From Chrysomallon squamiferum (Eukaryota; Animalia; Mollusca), in contig CM022679.1 in the NCBI GenBank assembly GCA_012295275.1, positions 4,216,001 to 4,280,000 on the forward strand: DNA of 64,000 bases, given 5' to 3'. How positions within the stretch are numbered: the first letter of the stretch is position 1; the number at the start of each line of letters is the position of its first letter. Positions 12,145 through 22,950 of the stretch are shown piece after piece. Position numbers and translations under genes: made by a program. Below the pieces are notes generated by a model. The model did no database searches. It worked only from the letters and a program-made list of their open reading frames with translations, and was not told the origin of the DNA.

Positions 12145-14578
12145 GTAATAATAATAATAATAATAATGGTTTTGTCAGAAGAAGAGTAACTGCTTCACAT
12201 AATCAAAATCTCCTTTTCAGTGCCGATGACCGACTTAGAGAACAACGTGACGCCCTCGTTGTTGTCAGCAGCGACGGAGGGCTGTTGTGGATGCCGCAGG
12301 CAATACTTCGTAGCTCATGTCTTTTCGACACTCTTTATTTCCCGTTCGACACGCAGAGATGCGAGCTCAAATTCGGCTCCTGGACCTACAACGGAAACAA
12401 GTTGGACATAGATTTCGTTCACACCGAAACCCACGCCATGGACGTCAACGATTTCGTTCCCAGCAACGAGTGGGACATCATCGACAACGTTGGAATCCGC
12501 AACGTGAAGTACTACGTGTGCTGCCCCGAGCCCTACCCAGACCTGACGTTTCACCTGACGCTGAAGAGGAAGATCGCGTTCTACACCTTCATTCTGGTGC
12601 TGCCGTGTGCGCTGTTGTCGCTGCTCACTCTTGTTATATTCTGGGTGCCGCCGGAATCGCCAGCAAAACTACAGCTAGGTCTGAGTGATGTCATTTAACT
12701 TGCATTGCTCTCATTCAACTCTCTTTATCATTACCTCTCTGTCTGTCTCGAGCACGTTGTCTCTTTTTCTTTCTGTCTCTGTCTTTCCAATTATCTCTTT
12801 CCCTCTTTTTCTTTCTGTCTCTGTCTTTCCAATTATCTCTTTCCCTCTCTTTCTTTCTGTCTCTGTCTTTCCAATTATCTCTTTCCCTTTCTTTCTTTTT
12901 GTCTCTCTCTTTCTATTATCTCTTTCCCTCTCTTTCTTTCTGTCTCTCTCTTTCCATTATCTCTTCCCCTCTCTTTCTTTCTGTCTCTCTCTTTTCATTA
13001 TCTCTTCCCGTCTCTTTCTTTCTTTCTTTCTGTCTCTGTCTTTCCATTATCACTTCCTCTCTCTTTCTTTCTGTCTCTCTTTTTATCTCTTCTCTTTCTT
13101 TCTGTCTCTCTCTTTCCATTATCTCTTTCTTTCTGTCTCTCTCTTTCCATTTTCTCTTCGCCTTTCTATCTTTCTGTCTCTCTCTTTCCATTATCTCTTC
13201 CCCTCTCTTTCTTTCTGTCTATCTCTTTCCATTATGTCTTTATATATATATATATATTAATATCATTTTAACATTATTATGAAAATAAAACTGAAAGTAA
13301 AAGCTTTAGACGGTTTTTGTCTCCGTTCCTGTAATGAATCAGGAGAACAATTAACATAATTTACAATTTAGACATACTTTATGTGTGTATTTTGTCTATT
13401 TTTAATGTGTTGTTTGTGTTATGTCAGGTATGAGTGTGTTTGTCGCGTTCTTCTTTCTGCTTCTCGTCCTGGCTGACTCAACTCCACGAGCCGCTTCTTC
13501 CATCCCATTAATAGGTAAGAACACACCTGACCACTTACATACCTGCATACACACCTGCGTACTTACCTACTTACATACCTACATACACACCTATGTACTT
13601 ATCTTGTTACATACCTACATACACACCTATGTATTTACCTACTTACATACCTGCATACACACTTATGTATCTACCTACGTACACATACATACATACACAC
13701 CTATGTACTTACCTACTTACATACCTACATACACACCTATGTACTCACCTACTTACATACCTACATACACACCTATGTACTTACCTACTTACATACCTAC
13801 ATACACACCTATGTACTTACATACACATACCTACATACACACCTATGTACTTACCTACTTACATACGTACATAACACTTATGTACTTACCTACTTACATA
13901 CCTACATACACACCTATGTACTCACCTACTTACATACCTACATACACACCTATGTACTCACCTACTTACATACCTACATACAAACCTATGTACTTACCTA
14001 CTTACAATAACACATACACACCTATGTACTTACCTACTTACATACCTACATACACACCTATGTACTTACCTACTTACATACCTACATACACACCTATGTA
14101 CTTACGTACCTATCTCTATACACACACATACAAGCATACATACATACATACATACAAACATACATACACACATACATACATACATACATATATGCTACTC
14201 ATTTACACAAAACTGAAATATATCGGCTTTCTTCTTCTCTTTTTTTTTAATGGATAAGAATTTGTCTATCATTGTGGACTTCTTTATTTCACTGTGCTTA
14301 TCTTGCTCGTAATAGAGTGATTTATGTCCTCAAACTGTGATAGACAATCAGGCCGCGAGCCTGAATCAAGTCGCTCGTGTTTGACAGAAAGGTGGTCGAT
14401 ATGACCCTGATAAAGAGACGTGATCATTCAATGGCTGGGAGTCTGGGTGCACGTTTTTATACTGATCTGTGAGAACCCGTGTTTGCCCAATTTGCTACGT
14501 TAAAGAAAAAAAAAAAAAAAAAAAAAAAAAGAAAAAAAAAAGAAAAGGAAAAAAAAAAAAAAGATGTTTTCGGTTCAA

Positions 14579-14620
<42 letters not shown>

Positions 14621-16759
14621 GTTTGTTATTATTATTGTCAATATTTAATATTTGTATTTTATTTAATTTTTGGAGTATGTGTTATGCATTAAACAATAAA
14701 ATATAAAACTTTAAAGACACGCATATGTCTGTGTGTATCATCGCTTCTCTTATGATCACTTTTTTTATTTCTTTTTAAAAAAAAAAAAAAAAATTAAACT
14801 CAAATTTAATAAAATTAAGGGCATTAGATGAGAAAAACATGGAATGAGCTTTTACAAATTTCAAAGAAAAACATGATGATTCCAAAGATTATCGATTAGT
14901 ATTTAGACATATTAGAGAGTGCACGTCCTTTCATATAGCTTGAAATCGCAAATAACATAACTTTTTTCCTTTTAAGGAAAGACGTATACAAAACAGTGCT
15001 TCCTGCTAATCGGAACAGAGTAGCCTAGTGCTTTTTTTTTGGGGGGGGGTATTTACTTTTTATATTTTATGTTATTACTCACACGATCCATAAAACCGAG
15101 TATCAAAAAAGTATTTAATACCTTGAAAATAAAAATATATCTACCTTATTCTTGAATAATAACCACAGAAACAAATGAACATGTGACAAGGGTATTAAAC
15201 ACCAAAACTTGGCTGTTTTATTTTCCACAGGCAGCAAAGCTAAAATAATACCTACAGAAACAAACGAACATATAAAATAAGAACCATGTTTTATTTTACA
15301 GGAACAAACAAACATACATGACAATAGGGTATGAAACGTCAGTGCAGTTTTAACTTGGCTGTTTTATTTTCCACAGATAATAGAATAATACCTACAGGAA
15401 CAAACAAACAAACGTGACAAAAGTGTATCAAACGTCAGTGCAGTTTTAACGTGGCTGTTTTATCTTGAACAGATAATAGAATAATAACTAGAGGAACAAA
15501 CAAACAAACGGGACAAAAGGGTATCAAACGTCAGTGCAGTTTTAACTTGGCTGTTTTATTTTGAACAGATAATAGAATAATAACTAGAGGAACAAACAAA
15601 CAAACAAACGTGACAAACGGGTATCAAACGTCAGTGCAGTTTTAACGTGGCTGTTTTATCTTGCAGGCACCTACTTCTGTCTGAGTATGATTCTCATCAC
15701 GATGTCGACAGTGCTGGCGTGTGTCGTGGCCAACATGTACTTCAGAGGGGTCCGCGTCAACAGAGCGCCTCGCTGGCTCAGAACGGTACGGGTCTGCTTC
15801 AGCCTGACAAGACTTCCATTGTTGTCGCTTAATCCGATCTTGTCCCAGATTGATAGCAACAACAGGGAAGATGTCCGCTAAATTTGGTTTAGCTAACTAG
15901 ACAAATTAAGATCGTTTAAGATCATTTGGTTCCACATATAAAGAAAAGGGAGGGGAAAAAAAAGAACGTAGTTCTGAGTTATTTTCAAAGATTATGATTC
16001 TTTCTTACTTTCTTTTTCGTTCTTGATTCGTTTTCTGATCGTTATCAACATTGTGATCAGGCGCATTTATATATTTATGTATGTTTATGTGTGCCTCTGT
16101 TTGTATGTATAGACAGAGATAGTCTGACAGAAAGATGGACGAAAGGGAACTCAGACATAGATAAATAGCTGGAGAGATAGATAGAGAGGCAGATAGACAG
16201 ACAGACAAACAGATGATAGATAGACAGATATGTTAAATATATAATCATGTATATTGATTAAGTATTATAATTATCTTATTGCATTTAATTTAATTTAATT
16301 TTATTTTAGTGTATGATTGATGGAGTCGCTAGACTGTTATGCCTCAGAACAAAATTACTGGAAGGAGAAATTCCGCCCCCTGTCACAAAGAACTGGAACT
16401 CGTGCTTACGGAAATACCCGGACAGCGAAATTAAATTCGCCAAAGTCCGTCTGCTAGACAATGGCATAGATCCCCGGATGACTTACCAGAAAGAGGCTCC
16501 GGAGGCGGGGCTAGGAGATAACCCTAGTCTGGAATCTCTGCTGGAGAAAAACTGTTGCGCTAAATCGTCCATTCTACACGAAGTGAGAAGTATTCGAGAA
16601 ATTCTGGCGAAAAACGAGGAACGCCGATCGAAACAAGAGGAGAGAGAACGATACAATCGAGAGTGGCGAGTGATTGCTTGCGTCACGGACCGCCTGTTTT
16701 TCATAATTTATGTTCTAATTAACATAGTGGGCGTGGCAATGACTTTCAAAGGCGCCTAG
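4959..16759 (+). CDS. Gene A: nicotinic acetylcholine receptor alpha-type subunit, predicted anion-selective (PAK motif), 5'-partial; join(4959..5176,11533..11642,12221..12678,13428..13514,15667..15785,16310..16759)
   Basis: Six exons splice in frame via GT-AG introns (phases 1,0,2,1,1,0). The product has the N-terminal helix EKRLIKKLL, VDETNQVLKTNVW, WLPDILLYN, Cys-loop SSCLFDTLYFPFDTQRC, FGSWTY, loop C YYVCCPEPY, M1-M4 and a TAG stop at 16757-16759. The signal-peptide exon was not found in the window. Confidence 0.95.
7249..10504 (-). mobile_element. Possible solo-LTR-like (TG...CA) element hosting the satellite
   Basis: A non-microsatellite block begins TGTCAC (7249) and ends GTGACA (10504). 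On the - strand an AATAAA lies about 15 nt before the terminal ...GTGACA. No target-site duplication was found and there is no coding domain. Confidence 0.35.
7560..10135. repeat. Satellite array of roughly 45-50 units of 54 bp and 51 bp in intron 2 of gene A
   Basis: Unit aattttgaacaatgaaaaacacacttgaagaatgcacactgg followed by atttcctcctcg (54 bp) or atcttctag (51 bp), frequently alternating. Degenerate copies continue to about 7370 and about 10295. Confidence 0.97.
11464..11527. repeat. (TTG)n(TTA)n microsatellite abutting the gene A exon 3 acceptor
   Basis: Direct reading. Confidence 0.95.
11533..11642 (+). CDS. Gene A exon 3 (loop A exon)
   Basis: ttccag|AGATGG...TACAACTT|gtacgt; RWRDILLQWNKTVHDGIDSIRVPSNKIWLPDILLYN(F). 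110 bp, the same size as the gene B counterpart. Confidence 0.95.
12022..12167. repeat. poly(A) + (AAT)n microsatellite
   Basis: Direct reading; causes the spurious poly-K/poly-N N-terminus of ORF 11988..12698. Confidence 0.95.
12221..12678 (+). CDS. Gene A exon 4 (Cys-loop, loops B/C, M1, start of M2)
   Basis: ccttttcag|TGCCGAT...CAGCTAG|gtctga; ADDRLREQRD...CCPEPYPD...FWVPPESPAKLQL(G). 458 bp. Confidence 0.95.
12720..13235. repeat. Pyrimidine-rich ~42-bp minisatellite in intron 4 of gene A
   Basis: Repeats of tttccaattatctctttccctctctttctttctgtctctgtc, degenerating towards the 3' end. Confidence 0.9.
13428..13514 (+). CDS. Gene A exon 5 (M2 pore helix and M2-M3 loop)
   Basis: atgtcag|GTATGAGT...TTAATAG|gtaaga; (G)MSVFVAFFFLLLVLADSTPRAASSIPLI(G). 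87 bp. Confidence 0.95.
13520..14190. repeat. 36-bp minisatellite immediately after the gene A exon 5 donor
   Basis: Unit acacacctatgtacttacctacttacatacctacat (the PMYLPTYIPTYT repeat in the ORF track), ending in (TACA)n. Confidence 0.92.
15155..15666. repeat. ~96-bp tandem repeat ending at the gene A exon 6 acceptor
   Basis: aacgtcagtgcagttttaac recurs at 15335, 15431, 15527 and 15627 (periods 96, 96, 100), with degenerate units upstream. Confidence 0.92.
15667..15785 (+). CDS. Gene A exon 6 (M3 and post-M3)
   Basis: tcttgcag|GCACCTAC...AGAACG|gtacgg; (G)TYFCLSMILITMSTVLACVVANMYFRGVRVNRAPRWLRT. 119 bp. Confidence 0.95.
16310..16759 (+). CDS. Gene A exon 7 coding part (intracellular loop, MA helix, M4, stop)
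   Basis: ttattttag|TGTATG; CMIDGVARLL...REWRVIACVTDRLFFIIYVLINIVGVAMTFKGA*. 450 bp including the stop. Confidence 0.93.
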   Translation, partial: CMIDGVARLLCLRTKLLEGEIPPPVTKNWNSCLRKYPDSEIKFAKVRLLDNGIDPRMTYQKEAPEAGLGDNPSLESLLEKNCCAKSSILHEVRSIREILAKNEERRSKQEERERYNREWRVIACVTDRLFFIIYVLINIVGVAMTFKGA

Positions 16760-16896
16760 CATTTGCGTGATTCGTTGATTCTTTGTTAAATATTTATTCG
16801 ATGCAATGTTTCCCTGACGTGAATATTCTGCTGGAATTATGTATTTACTTTTCAGTTAACCGATTATTTATTTATTTATTTATTTATTTATTATTA

Positions 16897-16956
<60 letters not shown>

Positions 16957-17350
16957 GATTATTATTATTAATTTAAAAAAAAAAAAAAATTATGTTAATT
17001 ATATAGTTTTAAATATTTCTTATTTTATTAAGAATGAAAACATGTTTTCACTGCAAGATTTAGAGACAAGTTGTTATGCAAAGACATGTATTTAGTAACG
17101 TATAATTCGAACATTAAACTGTTATCGTGATGGTTTCAGGATGTACATAACATAAACATCTTTTGTATATGTATATATATATATATGTATAGTTATCATT
17201 TGTGAACTGTTTACGGTGAACAGTTAATCGAGTTTCAGAAACATTCAGCATTCTTTGGACTGTTTGTGACGAGTCATTCCGATGGGACAGAAAGAAACAT
17301 CAGCTTTATTTCGTTTCGTTTTGTGATTTTCAATAATAACTACAGGCTTT

Positions 17351-17440
17351 AAGTACTAGTGTTAGCTAGCATTATCTAGCAGTGACTAGCAATAGCTAGC
17401 ACACACTAGTATTAACTAGCACAAATTGTATTAACTAGCA
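17351..17440. repeat. 10-bp periodic CTAGY array downstream of the gene A stop
   Basis: aagtaCTAGt gttagCTAGc attatCTAGc agtgaCTAGc aatagCTAGc acacaCTAGt attaaCTAGc. Confidence 0.8.
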
Positions 17441-18059
17441 CCAGTTAGTTGACAGTAATGATAATAACAATAATGGCAAACAAAATATAAATTAAGAATT
17501 AAAAAGAAACACTTAAGGCACCTTTCATGAGAGTAGATTTATTAATTAATGTTAGAGAACACAGCCATTTTAAACACAGTAATCATTACAAGGTTTTGTA
17601 CAGTTTTGTTTTATTTCACTTTAATGTGGAAAAAACATGATGTTATTAGATCTAGCTTATTCGTGGTATCTGTTGTTTATCCACACGAAATTCGTTTTTA
17701 GGATATAACAGTTATTTTGGAACCCGACACACATGTTTAGAATAGTTTTCTTGAAATTACACTTTGATTATTTGAAATGTTTCAGCACTACGATGTAGCA
17801 AAAAGATTTAGAATAGTTCTTTAAAAAGTCGTTCAGAACACCAAGACATCTGATTATAATCTTCATCGTAACCTGCATTCAGGCTATTTCACTTGTTTAG
17901 AAGTGTTTCGCATCGCATCAACATGTTAAGATTTCTTCGATCTTAGCATTGACAATAAAGCACAAATTATCACTTTTCTATTTTAAAATATTTAAGTTGC
18001 ATTCTCAAAAAATCCATATACTCAGACTATAATATAATTAACATTATCTTAATATATTT

Positions 18060-18175
<116 letters not shown>

Positions 18176-18405
18176 TTCTATATCTCTCTCTGTTAATTTA
18201 AATCATTCTGTTATAAGCTAATTTATTTTCTAATTTCCAAGCGTTTATTTATTTATATATTTATTTATAACCCATTAACACAAATTCTGAAATTAGCTTG
18301 AATAAAACAGTTAATTTTGCTTTACCGACTTCGATATTTATGTGTTCTCAAATATAAACGTACATTCATTTGTTACAAATTGTATGATACTTAAAACGTT
18401 TTTAT

Positions 18406-18454
<49 letters not shown>

Positions 18455-18545
18455 TAATATTATTATTATTATTGTTGTTGTTATTTAATTTGTTTTGTTA
18501 TTACGTTTTTATAAATTAAATGTAAAAGAAATGAGATTTAGTTGA

Positions 18546-18551
18546 AATAAA
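18546..18551 (+). terminator. Candidate polyadenylation signal of gene A
   Basis: AATAAA with upstream TGTA (18521) and a T/GT-rich downstream tract. Other AATAAA at 17954 and 18301 are also possible. Confidence 0.3.
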
Positions 18552-18887
18552 GCAATCTGGTTTTGAATTTATTATTATTTGTATGCTTCTTTTTGATTGT
18601 TTCATTTTAATTTAATTTAATTATTATTATTTTTTTTTTTTCCTTTATTTATTTAGTTCATTTCCATATTTTATTTTATTTATTCGGTAATAAGAATTTT
18701 CATTTTGTATTTTTTTTTTTATTATACTTTACTAAAATTGCTACTACTACTACAACTACCACATCCATTACTACAACAACCTTCTAACACTAATTATTTC
18801 TGTAACTTTTTCTACTGTATTACTACAATTACTTCAGTCACTGCCAACACCACTGAACAACAACAACAACAACATTATTATTATTAT

Positions 18888-18934
<47 letters not shown>

Positions 18935-20199
18935 TAATAATAATAATTAATAATATTATTATTATTATTATTATTATAACAACAACACCACCACAACAAC
19001 AACAACCTTCATGCTACTACAACAACAACTACTACAACATTCTGTTTTGTCACAACGGTTGTGAAATCGTGCTGGCAGTGTAATTCATCTGGAATGGATT
19101 AGTTTAACTTAATTTTATTTCTCATTTGTTCCTGGAGAAGAAGCAGGCTTCATTAATTAGAGTGTTTCGTGCCTGAAGTGTCATGGCAACCCAATACAAA
19201 AATATAATTTCTGTTTTTAATTATCTGCCCTTTTTTTTTTTTAATGACAAACACACAGATACCGTGCTGCTGTTTAACAATGATCGAGGTGGTAGTAAAA
19301 GAAGTATAGCAGTTTTAGTAATAGTATTAGTTTGAAGTAATAGTATTATAGTAAAAACAGCAGTCAAAGTAGTAGTAGTTGTTGTTGTTGTTAGAAGTAG
19401 TAGTAGTATAGTATAGCAGTAATGTAGGTACTAACAGAAGTAGTAGTACTAATAGTATCAGTAAAAGTAAGTAGTAGTAGTAGTAGTAGTAGTTGTTGTT
19501 GTTGTAGTAGTAGCAGTAGTAGTAGTAGTACTAATAGCATCTGCAGCAGTAGTACCAGTAGTAATAGTTGTTAAGCAGAAGTAGTAAAAGTAATAGCAGT
19601 AATGTAACAGAAGCAGAAGTGCAGAAGTAGTAATAGATTTAGTAGTGGTACTAATAGTATCAGTAAAAGTGAGTTGGTGCAGCAGTATATCAGTTATATC
19701 AGAGAACCACATGCTATTAAATTTTAAGATAGAATATTAATAACTTAAGAGTAACGAGAAAACAGGTGAGTCCATACAGATAAATACAATCTTTCGACGA
19801 CTTTACTCCAACAGAAAAATAAAAATAAAATGAAAAAATATCTTTATGGGAATCTCTTTATAAACTGAAATAATACTGAAGATCTTGAAAAAATGCGAAA
19901 AAGGTGGTTGTATGAATGAAGTAAAATGCTATGTATTTTAAACATATGATATAACATTTGAAATTAAACACTATCCTTAGTCTATACCACGAGTCCAGAC
20001 ATCAATGAATAAAAGATATATTTAAGACATTAATAACAAAAAAATATATGTTTGCGATATGAATAAATGAAATACATATTTACACCATGGATAAATAAAA
20101 CATATATTTACAATATATATAATGATGACAGTAACGATGACGATGATGATGATGATGATGATGATGATAATAATAATAATAATAAAAATTATTTTTAAA

Positions 20200-20244
<45 letters not shown>

Positions 20245-20475
20245 ACAAAAATAAATAAGAACATTTTGAGGATCTCCATGCGACACGAATGTCTTTCATG
20301 CCGCCGTTACGTTATGTTCATTTTGTGAATAGCAAGAAATATGTGAACTGCTATTTTTTGTCAGGAAAGCAAAAGCAACGACTGTGACTAAACAACTACT
20401 ACTAAGACTACTACTAATACTAATACCACTTCTATTACTAATACCAAAACTATTACCACAACTAATAATAATAAG

Positions 20476-20521
<46 letters not shown>

Positions 20522-20575
20522 GAGAAGAAGAAGAATAAGAAGAAGTAGAGTAGGATGAGAAAAAAGAACAACAGA

Positions 20576-20606
<31 letters not shown>

Positions 20607-21667
20607 AACGCAGTTACACATAACAAATGAAGAAACATTCAAACAAATATTCGCTCCGATAGTCTGTTTAAAGCTACGAAATGGTTCTGCGCTTTTCATA
20701 CAGTGAAGTTCAGCCAACGGAACAAAAACTCTTTTCGCTTGGGTTCCCGAAATCTTTAGTTTTCTAGCGATGTTGCTGTTGCTAGGAAAGAAAACAAGTC
20801 TTGCACGAAAGCGAACGGCAGAAAACAGCATCAAATATAAAGAAAACTCGCAGAAAAAAATCAATCAACAGCGAAAAGAAAAAAAAAAAAAATAGAATGA
20901 AGAAGCTAGACATTGTTGTTACATTATCAAAATATCTATAGTATACGAAACCCGTGTCGGAAGAAGCTATTTTCATCATGGCAATATATAATATTAAAAC
21001 ATCGCAGCGTGACGCACTGATTCACTTTCTTTTATTAAATATTGAGTCCAGGCTTGTTCGTACCGTTGCCGTGCACTCAGGAAAGTCTTGTTTCGTTTCA
21101 AAGCAACCCGTTTGTTTCTCGATGAATTGAAAACTTCTTCACTCGTGGTGTCATGTACAAGGCTGGTTCTGGTCGGTCCTGTTTTCTGTCAAAACAAAAT
21201 CGGGATGAAGGTCGTCGAAGACCAGGAAAATATTTTTAACACCGTGCTGTCTGTGTGTCCGCAGTCACAGTGATCACAGAGTTGATGTTGCTAAAATAAA
21301 AGAGTTTTAAAAAGACGATGCCGTTGTGGATCGTATTCTAAGCGTTGGCGCAAGATTCTGTATTACGTCATTAAAGATAATCTATTTACGTATTACCAAG
21401 TATGTGACTGTCCACAACAGAGATATATCATCGATATTCAATTTTATTACACTGCTTTACAGTCCAGAATAAAACTAATACAAATGAATAATTAAAATGA
21501 ATGAGTTAATTGTATTCAACAACGCTTTAAAGATTATTATATTTAACATGACTTACAGCAAGGTTTAACATACCGTGGTACGCAGATCACAGAAGAAAAG
21601 ATACATACACAAATACAAACAGAGAAACAGACATACGTACACATTCAGATGCATGCATGCATGCACA

Positions 21668-21807
21668 CATACATACATACATACATACATACATACATAC
21701 ATACATACATACATACATACATACATACATACATACATACATACATACATACATACATACATACATACATACATACATACATACATACATACATACATAC
21801 ATACATA
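21668..21807. repeat. (CATA)n microsatellite
   Basis: Direct reading. Confidence 0.95.
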
Positions 21808-22799
21808 CAAACATAAATACTACGAACATACATACACATAATTATACGTCCCAGTTCTTTTCTTAACTGACTTTATTTATTATTTTTTTTTTTTTTTTTT
21901 TTATAAATTGAAATTTTAATAAAATATCTATCACCATATAAATAATAATAATAAATAAAAACAGACATTGAAAACAACATCAAAAGAGACCCAACCAAGC
22001 GAAACCATTTTACAAGTCAGTGATTCAGCACCATCCGCTTACAGCACTCATTAGCCATGAAACCAGTGAAAAGTTCTTGAATGTTTCATTTGACTCGTTC
22101 TTTCAATTCACTGGTGCATGAAATCTCCCAAAACTGTTCGATATTTACTGACAACATAAAAGTTGCGTAGGCGGGAACGCAACTGAGTGCATTTGTGGGG
22201 AAGGTTACGAATAAATTAATTAGTTCCTTTAAATTAGCGAGAAAAAATAATTAAATGGAAAAAAAAGAGAATGTGTCAGAAAGAAAGTGGAAAGAAATGA
22301 AGTAATAAGAAATAGAAAAAAGAAAAGAAAGAAAGAAAGTGAGTAAATGAAAACGAGAAAAGAAAGATGACAATGGAAAAACTGAAAGGAAACGTAAAAT
22401 AAAATAACAAAAGAAGAAAAAAAAAGAGGTGAAAAACAGGAAGAAGAAAAAAAGAGAGAAAAAAGCGGTAATAATGAAATAAATTAGCGAAGAAAATAAA
22501 ATAAAAAATAAGATAAATTCAACAGAAAAAAAAAAAAAAAAAAAGAAGTTGAAGAAAATTAAAAAAAGAAAACGAACTGAAAAAAGAATAAAAAGAAGAA
22601 GAAGAATTTTAGAACGCGTAAACGTTTGAATTGCAGTTAATCAAATAAAAAAACCTTTCCTTAGTAAACAGAAAAAAAAAATCATTGTCAGTATTTTTAC
22701 ATCTGATCTAATTTCAGAGGAATTGTGACTGAGAATAATTCGTAGAATATATAAAAAAAATAATAATAAAATGTGGAATATGAAAGAAAACGTTATCAA

Positions 22800-22841
22800 T
22801 ATAATAATAATAATAATAGTAGTAATAATAATAATAATAAC

Positions 22842-22905
<64 letters not shown>

Positions 22906-22950
22906 GTAGTAGTAATAGTAGTAGCAGAAGCAGTAGAAGTAGTAGTAGAT
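22800..22950. repeat. (ATA)n/(GTA)n microsatellite
   Basis: Direct reading. Confidence 0.9.

Noticed and set aside
13421-14257. 278-aa ORF with PTYTPMY repeats
   Set aside because: It is exon 5 read through into the 36-bp minisatellite; a good donor at 13515 explains it.
13515-15666. Duplicated mutually exclusive M2 exon, as in insect alpha6 exon 8
   Set aside because: No second 87-bp M2-like exon was seen in the introns flanking exon 5 of either gene.
17142-17177. Pumilio elements (TGTAHATA) in the gene A 3' UTR
   Set aside because: They overlap or neighbour (TA)n/TGTA simple repeats that generate this motif frequently in this genome.
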